64,000 bases of DNA, from assembly GCA_902603945.1 (NCBI GenBank), contig CACKWP010000001.1, positions 38,742 to 102,741 of the forward strand, in the 5' to 3' direction. Position numbers and translations under genes: made by a program. How positions within the stretch are numbered: position 1 is the stretch's first letter; each line of letters opens with the position of its first letter. Under the pieces are notes generated by a model. The model saw only the letters and a list, made by a program, of their open reading frames with translations. It was not told where the DNA came from and ran no database searches. Positions 1 to 8,246 of this stretch are shown in pieces. This DNA comes from an uncultured Pelagibacteraceae bacterium. Lineage in GTDB: Bacteria > Pseudomonadota > Alphaproteobacteria > Pelagibacterales > Pelagibacteraceae.

Positions 1-28
1 TTCAAAATCTTATTGAAAAATTAAGATA

Positions 29-637
29 ATGAAAATAAAGATTTGCGGTTTAAATCCAATTAGAGATGTTCAATTATGTATTGACCTAAAAGTAAATTAT
101 TTAGGATTTGTTTTTTATGAGAAATCTCCACGAAATATTAGTCTACCAGAGATTAAAAAACTTGCTAATTATGATAAAAAAGGATCATCTTTTGTTGCAG
201 TAACAGTGAATCCGAGCAATGAATTTATACAAAAAAATTTAAAGGGTAATTTTGATTTTATTCAACTTCATGGATCAGAGTCAAAAGAGAGAGTAGAAGA
301 AATAAAAGGTATGGGTTTTAAAATTATTAAAGCTATAAAAGTTGAAAAAGAAAAAGATATAGATAAACATCAAGAATTCAATAATGCCGATATAATATTG
401 TTTGATACACCTTCAATGGAAAAAACTTTGGAATTCCCTAAAGATTTAATTACTAAGCTACCTCAAGGTGAAAAATATGCTTTAGCAGGATCTATCTCGA
501 GGGATAATGTGGAAATTATTAGTAAATTAGGGGTTAACTTTTTTGATTTATCATCTAGTTTAGAGAGTCAATTAGGTTACAAAGATCATCTTAAAATTGA
601 AGATTTTATAAATAAAATAAATGAGCTTAAAAATTAG
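29..637 (+). CDS. trpF: N-(5'-phosphoribosyl)anthranilate isomerase (divergent)
   Basis: IKICG N-terminus, QLHGSE, LFD and DLSS motifs; upstream of trpBA. Confidence 0.9.
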   Translation: MKIKICGLNPIRDVQLCIDLKVNYLGFVFYEKSPRNISLPEIKKLANYDKKGSSFVAVTVNPSNEFIQKNLKGNFDFIQLHGSESKERVEEIKGMGFKIIKAIKVEKEKDIDKHQEFNNADIILFDTPSMEKTLEFPKDLITKLPQGEKYALAGSISRDNVEIISKLGVNFFDLSSSLESQLGYKDHLKIEDFINKINELKN

Positions 638-1853
638 AAAAAACATACCCCTCATTGACCAGCACGATAAAAACTTTATGTATGGTGGAAAATTTGGTGG
701 AAATTTTATACCAGAAACTTTGAAAAAACCTATTGATGATTTAACAAAACTATTTGAAAAATTAAGAAGAGATAAAAAATTTCTTAAAGATAGGGATAAC
801 TATTTTAAAAACTATGTAGGTGCTCCCACACCTTTTATAAAGTTAGAAAATTTAACTGATCATCTTGGTGGTGCCCAAATATATGCCAAGGTGGTATCTG
901 AAGCTAATGGCGGCGCCCATAAAATTTATAATGCAACTGTTCATTGTTTAATTGCAAAGAAAGCAGGAAAAAAATATATAGTTGGCGACACAGGTGCAGG
1001 CTACGCGGGAAAGATGCTCAGCATGGCTGCGAAAAAATTTGGCCTTAAATGTAAAATCTTTATGGGAGCCAAAGACATTAAAAGACAAAGACCTAATGTT
1101 GAGGCAATGAGAAAAAATGGGGCAGAAATAGTTCCTGTAACTACAGGAAGTCAAACTCTTGTTGATGCTGTAAGTGAATGTATGAGATACTGGGTTTCAA
1201 ATTGTGATACCACTCATATGTGTGTTGGTTCTACAGTTGGCCCTAATATATTTATTAAAATTTGTGCTTGGAGCACTGCTCAAATTTCAAGAGAACTTAT
1301 TAAACAAGTAAAAGAAGAATTTGGAAAAATACCTGAAAAATTAAAATTAATTAATTGCGTAGGTGGCGGAAGTTCAGCAGCAGGATTTTGGAATGAGTTT
1401 ATGGAAACTAGTGCTCAGTTTATTGGCGTAGAAGCTGGAGGCCCGAGAAATAGTAAACTTCATGCGGCACCATTAACTAATGGATCTAAAATTGGTATTC
1501 TTCATGGAGCAGCACAATACGTTATACAAGACAGTGAGGGTCAAATAGGTTCAACAGAGTCAATATCAGCGGGACTTGATTACCCAGGAATTTCTCCATT
1601 ACATTGTTTTCTTAAGGACACAAAAAGAGCTAGATACACTTCTGCGAGTGACGAAGAAGCGCTTAAAGCTTATCAATTAGTTTCTAAACTTGAAAATATA
1701 TCTCCCTCACTAGAGCCTTCACATGCTTTTGCTGAAGCAATTAGATTAGCGCCTAAATTAAGTTCATCCGAGATTATTATTGTAAATTCTTGCGGCGATA
1801 GTCTGAAAGACAAAGATATTATTAAGCAAAAATTAGGATCATACATAAGATGA
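621..1853 (+). CDS. trpB: Tryptophan synthase beta subunit (atypical active-site residues)
   Basis: GKFGG, AHK (PLP lysine), CVGGGS, SISAGLDYPG motifs; between trpF and trpA. Confidence 0.88.
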   Translation: MSLKIRKNIPLIDQHDKNFMYGGKFGGNFIPETLKKPIDDLTKLFEKLRRDKKFLKDRDNYFKNYVGAPTPFIKLENLTDHLGGAQIYAKVVSEANGGAHKIYNATVHCLIAKKAGKKYIVGDTGAGYAGKMLSMAAKKFGLKCKIFMGAKDIKRQRPNVEAMRKNGAEIVPVTTGSQTLVDAVSECMRYWVSNCDTTHMCVGSTVGPNIFIKICAWSTAQISRELIKQVKEEFGKIPEKLKLINCVGGGSSAAGFWNEFMETSAQFIGVEAGGPRNSKLHAAPLTNGSKIGILHGAAQYVIQDSEGQIGSTESISAGLDYPGISPLHCFLKDTKRARYTSASDEEALKAYQLVSKLENISPSLEPSHAFAEAIRLAPKLSSSEIIIVNSCGDSLKDKDIIKQKLGSYIR

Positions 1854-2650
1854 AGTCAAAAATTTCTGAAGCTTTTAATAATTGTAAAAAAGAGAAAAGA
1901 CCTGCCTTAATCACTTACACAGTTGCTGGAGATGATACCAAAAATAATTCTCTCAAAATACTAAATAAGATATCAAAACACGCTGATATTTTAGAGCTAG
2001 GTTTTGCGCATAACACTCCTATAGCTGATGGTGGACAAATACAAGGTAGCTCGTATCGAGCTTTAAAAAATGGGATTAAATTAAAAGATGTTTTTCAAAT
2101 TGTTAAAAGTTTCAAAAAAAAATATCCTAACAAACCAATTATTTTGATGGGCTATTTTAATCTAATATATCAAGTCGGTGAAAATAACTTTTTAAATAAT
2201 TGTAAATCATCAGGCGTTGATGGTCTTATAATAGTTGATCTCCCTTACCCTGAAAATAAAAACTTTGCGAACAAATGTAAAAAAAAATCAATCAATTTTA
2301 TACAACTCCTATCACCTACTACCTCTAAAGATCGAATGAAAAAAATTATCAAAGACTCTCATGATATGATTTATTATATATCAATGCTATCAACCACAGG
2401 CGGAAAGCTTAAAGTTTCGCCTAAAAAAATTTTGCAAAATTATAATAAGATTAAAAGAATAAACCCAAAAAAAAACCTAGTAATCGGTTTCGGAATTACA
2501 AATAAAACCATAAAATCCCTTAAATCTGCGGATGGGCTTGTAGTAGGAAGTATGTTGTGTAAAACTATTACTAATTCGCTCAAAATGAGACAAAATCCTG
2601 TCACAAAGTTAGATAAAGTTGTGTACAATCTAAAAAGGCAAATTATATGA
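1850..2650 (+). CDS. trpA: Tryptophan synthase alpha subunit
   Basis: LELG..PIADG (catalytic Glu/Asp), LMGYFN, VDLP, GFGI, DGLVVGS; ATGA overlap with trpB. Confidence 0.92.
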   Translation: MKSKISEAFNNCKKEKRPALITYTVAGDDTKNNSLKILNKISKHADILELGFAHNTPIADGGQIQGSSYRALKNGIKLKDVFQIVKSFKKKYPNKPIILMGYFNLIYQVGENNFLNNCKSSGVDGLIIVDLPYPENKNFANKCKKKSINFIQLLSPTTSKDRMKKIIKDSHDMIYYISMLSTTGGKLKVSPKKILQNYNKIKRINPKKNLVIGFGITNKTIKSLKSADGLVVGSMLCKTITNSLKMRQNPVTKLDKVVYNLKRQII

Positions 2651-3561
2651 ATTGGATCACAAAATTTATTAAGCCAAAAATAAAATCTCTTTTTGAAAAG
2701 AAATCTTCAAAAACTGAGGAAAATCTTTGGACTACGTGTGGGTGCAAAAATTTAATTTACAAAGAAGATATGGAGTCAAATCAAAAGGTTTGTCCTAAGT
2801 GTGGAGCTCACCATAAATTAACTTGTAGGGAAAGATTTGAAACTTTTTTTGATAACAAAGAATTTGAACTAATTGAAACTCCTTTGCCTAAAGATGATCC
2901 GTTAAATTTTGAAGATAAAAAAAAATATATTGATAGATTAAAAGCTGCGCGTAAACTAACTGGTCAAGATGATGCAATTTTAATTGCAAAAGGGAAAGTT
3001 CAAAATATTAATATGGTAGTTGGAGCACAAGATTTTAGATTTATTGGTGGGTCATTTGGAGCAGCATCGGGTGAAGCTTTTATTGCAGGAGCACAATATG
3101 CGATTGAAAATAGAATACCGTATGTTTTTTTTAGTTGTTCCGGCGGGCAACGAATGCATGAAAGTTCTATAGCATTAATGCAAATGCCAAGAACTGCTTT
3201 GGCAGTAAACGAATTGAAAAAAAACAATGTTCCTTTCATAGTTGTTTTAACGACTCCTACAACGGGTGGGGTCTCAGCCTCTTGGGCTAGTTTAGGTGAC
3301 ATCATAATTTCTGAACCAAAAGCCATTTTTGGTTTCGCTGGGCGTAGAGTTATCCAAGATACTGTACGTGAAACTTTGCCAGACGACTTTCAAACTGCAG
3401 AATATGTTAAAGATCATGGTGGTATAGACTTAATTGTTGAGCGAAAATACTTAAATTCATCTATTGGAACACTACTAAATGTTCTATTGAAAAGAGCAGA
3501 GTCTCAAGCTAAACAAGACTCGAATGTCACAGTCGATAAGTCTTTACAAGCAGCTAGCTAA
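2647..3561 (+). CDS. accD: Acetyl-CoA carboxylase carboxyltransferase beta subunit
   Basis: Zn-finger cysteines, FIGGS, SGGQRMHE, PTTGGVSAS, GFAGRRVI. Confidence 0.95.
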   Translation: MNWITKFIKPKIKSLFEKKSSKTEENLWTTCGCKNLIYKEDMESNQKVCPKCGAHHKLTCRERFETFFDNKEFELIETPLPKDDPLNFEDKKKYIDRLKAARKLTGQDDAILIAKGKVQNINMVVGAQDFRFIGGSFGAASGEAFIAGAQYAIENRIPYVFFSCSGGQRMHESSIALMQMPRTALAVNELKKNNVPFIVVLTTPTTGGVSASWASLGDIIISEPKAIFGFAGRRVIQDTVRETLPDDFQTAEYVKDHGGIDLIVERKYLNSSIGTLLNVLLKRAESQAKQDSNVTVDKSLQAAS

Positions 3562-4792
3562 TCATAAGCTTTTTAACAAAACTATAAATTTTGACCTTAA
3601 GAGAATAAAACTAGTTCTCAAAAGATTGGGCCATCCAGAAAGACGTTTAAGAAATGTTATAAATTTTCTTGGCTCTAGTGGAAAATTTACAACTCTTCAT
3701 TCAGTTAGACATTTTATTGAAGCAAATAAGCAAACTGCAACTGCTTATATATCTCCTTCTCTTAAAGATATAAAAGAGCGGTTTTGGATGGGGGATAGAT
3801 TTCTTACTTATCAAGAAATAAAACAATCAATAAGAATTATTGAAAAATTCAATGTGTCCTTGACAACTTTCGAAGTGTTAACTTTAATTTATATTATTAA
3901 TGCTTCAAAAAGAAATGTAGACTACCATCTTGTAGAAGCAGGAGCCCTTTTTGCAAAAGACTCGACTAATGTATTTGATTTTCCTTTAGCGCAAGTAATT
4001 GTCAATATCAATAAACAACATTTAAATTTTTTAGATAAAAACAAAAAAACACTAAATGAAGTAATTTATCAAAAAGTTGGGTTTTTGAGCCACTTTACAA
4101 ACATTTATGTAGGTAAACAAATACCTACTGTGCTTCATAAAATTAAAAAGAACCTCAAGAGAAATAAAAGTAAATTAGTTTATCCAAATACTTGGAAATT
4201 AATAAAAAAAAATAAAAATTATTTTTATCGAGATAAAATAAATAAGATTAAATTAAATACTAAAAATATCCATTCTAAAGGATTGTTAGAAAATCTATGT
4301 CATGCTATAAAAATTTCCCTTGATCTAAAGATTAACAAAAAAGTTATTGAAAAAACTATACCGAGTCTCTCCTTTGAAGGGAGATTTCAGTATTTAAAAA
4401 ATGGAAAAATAAAAAAAAAGCTTTATAAAAATGAGCAAATTATGCTTGATGGAGCGCATGCTGAAACAGATGCTAAAAATTTAGCGAATTACCTTAAAAA
4501 AATCAAGATACCAAAATATGCAATTTGGGCAATGATGAAGAATAAAGAACCAGATTTATTCATAAAACAATTTAAAGGAATTTTTAAAAAAATAATAACA
4601 ATACCAATTGAGAATGAAAAAAATTGTATGTCTGCAAAAGATTTAGAGGCTATAGCTAAAAAAAATAAATTTAATGTAGAGAAGGCAATTCACTTTAATG
4701 AAGCCATAAAAAAAATATCTTCACCTGATAAAAAATTAATAAATTGTTTAGGTTCTCTGTATAACGTGGGAAATATATTAAATAAAAATTAG
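3524..4792 (+). CDS. folC: Folylpolyglutamate synthase/dihydrofolate synthase (divergent)
   Basis: Mur-ligase-like P-loop GSSGKFTT, GRFQ, LDGAH, GSLY; conserved position after accD. Confidence 0.8.
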   Translation: MSQSISLYKQLANHKLFNKTINFDLKRIKLVLKRLGHPERRLRNVINFLGSSGKFTTLHSVRHFIEANKQTATAYISPSLKDIKERFWMGDRFLTYQEIKQSIRIIEKFNVSLTTFEVLTLIYIINASKRNVDYHLVEAGALFAKDSTNVFDFPLAQVIVNINKQHLNFLDKNKKTLNEVIYQKVGFLSHFTNIYVGKQIPTVLHKIKKNLKRNKSKLVYPNTWKLIKKNKNYFYRDKINKIKLNTKNIHSKGLLENLCHAIKISLDLKINKKVIEKTIPSLSFEGRFQYLKNGKIKKKLYKNEQIMLDGAHAETDAKNLANYLKKIKIPKYAIWAMMKNKEPDLFIKQFKGIFKKIITIPIENEKNCMSAKDLEAIAKKNKFNVEKAIHFNEAIKKISSPDKKLINCLGSLYNVGNILNKN

Positions 4793-5106
4793 ATATGAGG
4801 TTGAATAAACTCAAGCATATCTTTTTCACTAGTAGCTCCAACTTTAGTTCCAACTAGTTTACCTGCTTTAAATAATAAAACCGTCGGCACACCTTTGACT
4901 GAATATTTCGTAGGTTCATTAGGTTGGCTTTCAATATCATGGTAGTAACAGTCAATTTTATCAGCCATGTCGTTTGAAATCTTTTCTATAATTGGTTTTA
5001 ATTGTTGGCATGGTCCGCACCAGCTGGCTGAAAATTGTATTAGATTTAATTTACTTCCGTTAATCTGATCTTGAAATTTTTCGTCTGTAGAATTTTTGAA
5101 TGCCAT
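4789..5106 (-). CDS. trxA: Thioredoxin
   Basis: WCGPC motif, 105 aa. Confidence 0.95.
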   Translation of the reverse strand: MAFKNSTDEKFQDQINGSKLNLIQFSASWCGPCQQLKPIIEKISNDMADKIDCYYHDIESQPNEPTKYSVKGVPTVLLFKAGKLVGTKVGATSEKDMLEFIQPHI

Positions 5107-5194
5107 ATTCTTTTAATAAGTATTATTTTGATAATGTCAACTTAGGTCTTAGTGATAAATGACTAATTGTTTATAACCACGATTTAAATCTTTC

Positions 5195-6625
5195 TTAGGC
5201 AGCTTCATATTTTTTCTGAATGTTTTCTACAAATTCATTGATCTCATCTAAAAACTTTAATTTCTCAGCATTCCCCTCTTTTTCAAATTCATTTCTAAAA
5301 TGGTCACATTCTGTATAAAAATCAGAGCAAGTCGTCCATTTTTCTTTATTGGTACTCAAAATTCTTTTTGCGATACCTCTTCTAATTTCTTTTGTAACAC
5401 TTTTAGGTAATACTTGAGGTGCTTCTTGATAAATAATCTTCTTGCCAAAATCTACTAAACGCTCATCTTCAAATTTATCTAAAAGTTTAAATTTATCTTC
5501 CCAGCTAGCTTGATGCCATTTTTCCATTTTAGGAGTTTCTTTATTGTCTACAAATTTAACATAGATGCTTTCTTCTGGAGTAATGTCTGACTGGTCACCT
5601 GTATCTCTTTTTTCTTGAGCTATCTCTGCTAACGCTAATGAAACTCTTGCACAAAAATCTTTATTACCTTTTATAAGTTTTGCACGTTTTAATAGCTGTT
5701 CTTTAGTCATTGCTGAATAAGGCTCTGCTTTAGATGCGTAGTCAGAATGTAAAAGAACTGGAGCTTTATTCGAACGAATTGTTCTAATAAATTTTGGAGT
5801 TTTTTTCATTTCTTTTTTAAGTTCATCTAAAGGAAGATCAAAATAAATTTCAGGATCAAATCTTAAATCGAATGCCTGGACCCATTTATAAATAGGATGA
5901 AGCATATGTTCATGGTAAAGCGGAGTAACTAAATATAATTTTGACTTGCCATAAAAATATTCGTTTAAACTAAACATCAGTTCATTTCTTGAAAAATTTT
6001 CTACTTCTTCTCTGCTACCAGTCATCATAGCTGATCGCCATGTAATATTTTGTTCTTTATAAATTTTCTCTAAAACTAATTTTGTTAGGTTTGCATCAAA
6101 TAATGCATTATGAGCTCCCCCTGACTCGATACCATTCATTCTAGCAAGAGACTCTAATTTCATAATAGCATTACCTTTCTCATTAGTTTCTGTTTTCATT
6201 ATGTTATCATTTACTGCAAAGGCAGCTCTAACGATGTTAAGACCATCTTGTCTTTTATTTCCGTTGGTGTTTGTTAAGTAAGGTTGTCGAAGACCTTTAA
6301 AAAATTCTTTCCTAAGCATTTCATCATCGAAATTTATATTCGAGTAACCCAAAAATACTGCGGGGCTCCATTTCTTAAAGGTTGTCTCAACTTCTTGGAG
6401 CATTTGGTAGTGAGAATAATTTGCTTTAGTTAGCATTGAAATATTTGACTGATTTACCAATAAAGCGCCAGCTTGCGGAACAACACCTTCTGGTAATCTA
6501 CATCGAATATTTAATTTATCTAATTCTTTGAAATTATCATTCATAAGGATTGCCCCTATCTCAATGATAGTTCCAAAAAAAGTATTACTAGAGTCTGTTT
6601 CTATATCCCAAATAACTATATTCAT
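5195..6625 (-). CDS. sbcB: Exodeoxyribonuclease I (DEDDh 3'-5' ssDNA exonuclease)
   Basis: DIET, GYSNINFDDE, AHNALFD motifs; NKAPVL; 476 aa. Confidence 0.85.
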   Translation of the reverse strand: MNIVIWDIETDSSNTFFGTIIEIGAILMNDNFKELDKLNIRCRLPEGVVPQAGALLVNQSNISMLTKANYSHYQMLQEVETTFKKWSPAVFLGYSNINFDDEMLRKEFFKGLRQPYLTNTNGNKRQDGLNIVRAAFAVNDNIMKTETNEKGNAIMKLESLARMNGIESGGAHNALFDANLTKLVLEKIYKEQNITWRSAMMTGSREEVENFSRNELMFSLNEYFYGKSKLYLVTPLYHEHMLHPIYKWVQAFDLRFDPEIYFDLPLDELKKEMKKTPKFIRTIRSNKAPVLLHSDYASKAEPYSAMTKEQLLKRAKLIKGNKDFCARVSLALAEIAQEKRDTGDQSDITPEESIYVKFVDNKETPKMEKWHQASWEDKFKLLDKFEDERLVDFGKKIIYQEAPQVLPKSVTKEIRRGIAKRILSTNKEKWTTCSDFYTECDHFRNEFEKEGNAEKLKFLDEINEFVENIQKKYEAA

Positions 6626-7614
6626 TTTTTATTTTCTATTTTTGTTACTTCACCTAGATCAAGATTCTTAATTTTTTCTGATCTATTAATGATTTTTTCA
6701 ACTGATATACTAAGTTCTCTAAATTCTTGAGAAATTTTATTTTGTGACTTGCTAATATTTGAAAACCTTTCTCCAAACCTTCTAGTGTCTTCTAAAACAG
6801 CTCCAACTTCTTTTTGTAAAAATTTAGCTAACCTGCTGTATTCTTTGAATTGGATAAATATTTTCAAATTCATTAGATGGGGAAAAAGAGTATCGGGTGA
6901 AACCAAAATAACGCCTTTTTCTCTAGCTGTTTTTACAAAGTCTCTCTTAGAGTTTACTATTGCATCAAACACACCTCTTGAAGCAATAAACATAAAGGCA
7001 TAAGGCGCTGTTTCTCCTGCAATTACGTACTTAGCTACTTCTTTGATATGGTTAGTAACATCTGTAGCAAAGTCTTTTATGGCTTGCTTTTTTTGAATTT
7101 CATTTTTGGTTTCACTCATTATTTTGTAATTTTCCCAAGAAAATTTTGAGTCAATTGGTATTGCTAGATCTGAAGTTCCCAGTGTTAACAAACAGTCAAC
7201 TCTGCTACCATTTGAAAAAGTATGTTGAAATTTATAATTTTGTTTAGACACAGTATCTGACACAAGAATTTCTAATGACTCCTCCCCTAATCTTCCACGC
7301 TGAGTTTTGTTATTAAATAAATTTTTAAAGTCAATCACTTCGTTAGCTATTTTGTCCATTTGCTCTTGGGTTTTTTGAAGAGATGAAACACGTTCTTTTA
7401 TTGAAACAAATTCCTCTTTAAGGGAGGTATTATGAGTGTTTATTTTTTCTAAAATTGTTTCTTTAAATTCGTTTAGATCTTTTTTTCTTTCTCGCTCTAA
7501 GTCTAAGGAAGATTTAATTTCATCGCTGTTATTTTGTTTTTGATCGAGTTTTTTATAAATAAAAAATAAAAATCCAACGAGGATTACTAAAAAAGCTATA
7601 ATTACATATTCCAT
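6622..7614 (-). CDS. rmuC: DNA recombination protein RmuC family
   Basis: N-terminal TM, coiled coil, RGRLGE, RVD, IDSKF, VSPDTL motifs. Confidence 0.88.
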   Translation of the reverse strand: MEYVIIAFLVILVGFLFFIYKKLDQKQNNSDEIKSSLDLERERKKDLNEFKETILEKINTHNTSLKEEFVSIKERVSSLQKTQEQMDKIANEVIDFKNLFNNKTQRGRLGEESLEILVSDTVSKQNYKFQHTFSNGSRVDCLLTLGTSDLAIPIDSKFSWENYKIMSETKNEIQKKQAIKDFATDVTNHIKEVAKYVIAGETAPYAFMFIASRGVFDAIVNSKRDFVKTAREKGVILVSPDTLFPHLMNLKIFIQFKEYSRLAKFLQKEVGAVLEDTRRFGERFSNISKSQNKISQEFRELSISVEKIINRSEKIKNLDLGEVTKIENKK

Positions 7615-7631
7615 TTTACTCCTATTTTCTT

Positions 7632-7789
7632 AACTACTTATTAGAGGAAAATGTTAGACAGAAAAGAGAGCTAACATCCAACTTCTAAACGAGTAGTCGG
7701 TTTACTAATTTAGCTACTTATTTGATGAATGTTTAGATGAAAGAAAGGAAAGAAAGGTTACTAAACAATCACATCTAAACAAGTAGTTA
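7632..7789 (-). ncRNA. Putative structured leader/sRNA: two related long hairpins in tandem upstream of rmuC
   Basis: Two units (7711-7789, 7632-7698), each CTACTYGTTTAGA..TGTT(T)AG[pyrimidine loop]CT(A)AACAT..TAAGTAG on the minus strand. Confidence 0.55.
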
Positions 7790-7804
7790 TATTTAGTATT
7801 TTTT

Positions 7805-7832
7805 AACATACACCACTCATTTTTAAAGTCAA
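7805..7832 (-). promoter_or_regulatory. sigma70-like promoter for the hairpin leader/rmuC-sbcB
   Basis: TTGACT-16 nt-TATGTT on the minus strand. Confidence 0.5.
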
Positions 7833-7907
7833 TAATAATTATAAATTTTTTTCTTTTTAATTATTTAATAATATATTTTGTTAATATAAAGTGATTGAAA
7901 TATAATT

Positions 7908-8222
7908 ATGAGCTCATTTGACGATAGAAAAAAATCTTTTGAAAAAAAATTTGCAACTGATCAAGAGTTACAATTTAAGATCACAGGACGAAGAAATAAG
8001 TACTTTGGTCAATGGGCAGCTGAGAAACTTCAAAAAAAAGATCAGGACATAGAAACTTACATTGATGAAGTGATAAAAGCTGATTTAAAAGAGGCTGGTG
8101 ATATGGATCTTATTAGTAAAGTTCTTGAAGATTTCAAAGCAGCCTCTGAAAATATAACTGAAGAAGAAATTAAAACCAAACTTGATGAGTTTTTAGAAAA
8201 AGCTAAAGCTGATTTTCAATAA
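7908..8222 (+). CDS. DUF1476 / F1Fo-ATPase inhibitor zeta-subunit family
   Basis: MSSFDDRKKSFEKKFA..ELQFK..RRNK..GQWAA N-terminal signature, 104 aa. Confidence 0.8.
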   Translation: MSSFDDRKKSFEKKFATDQELQFKITGRRNKYFGQWAAEKLQKKDQDIETYIDEVIKADLKEAGDMDLISKVLEDFKAASENITEEEIKTKLDEFLEKAKADFQ

Positions 8223-8246
8223 TATTAATCTGTCTAAAGATTATAT

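Noticed and set aside
7632-7789. CRISPR or transposon-end interpretation of the tandem hairpins
   Set aside because: Only two imperfect units, no spacers, no cas or transposase gene, no target-site duplication
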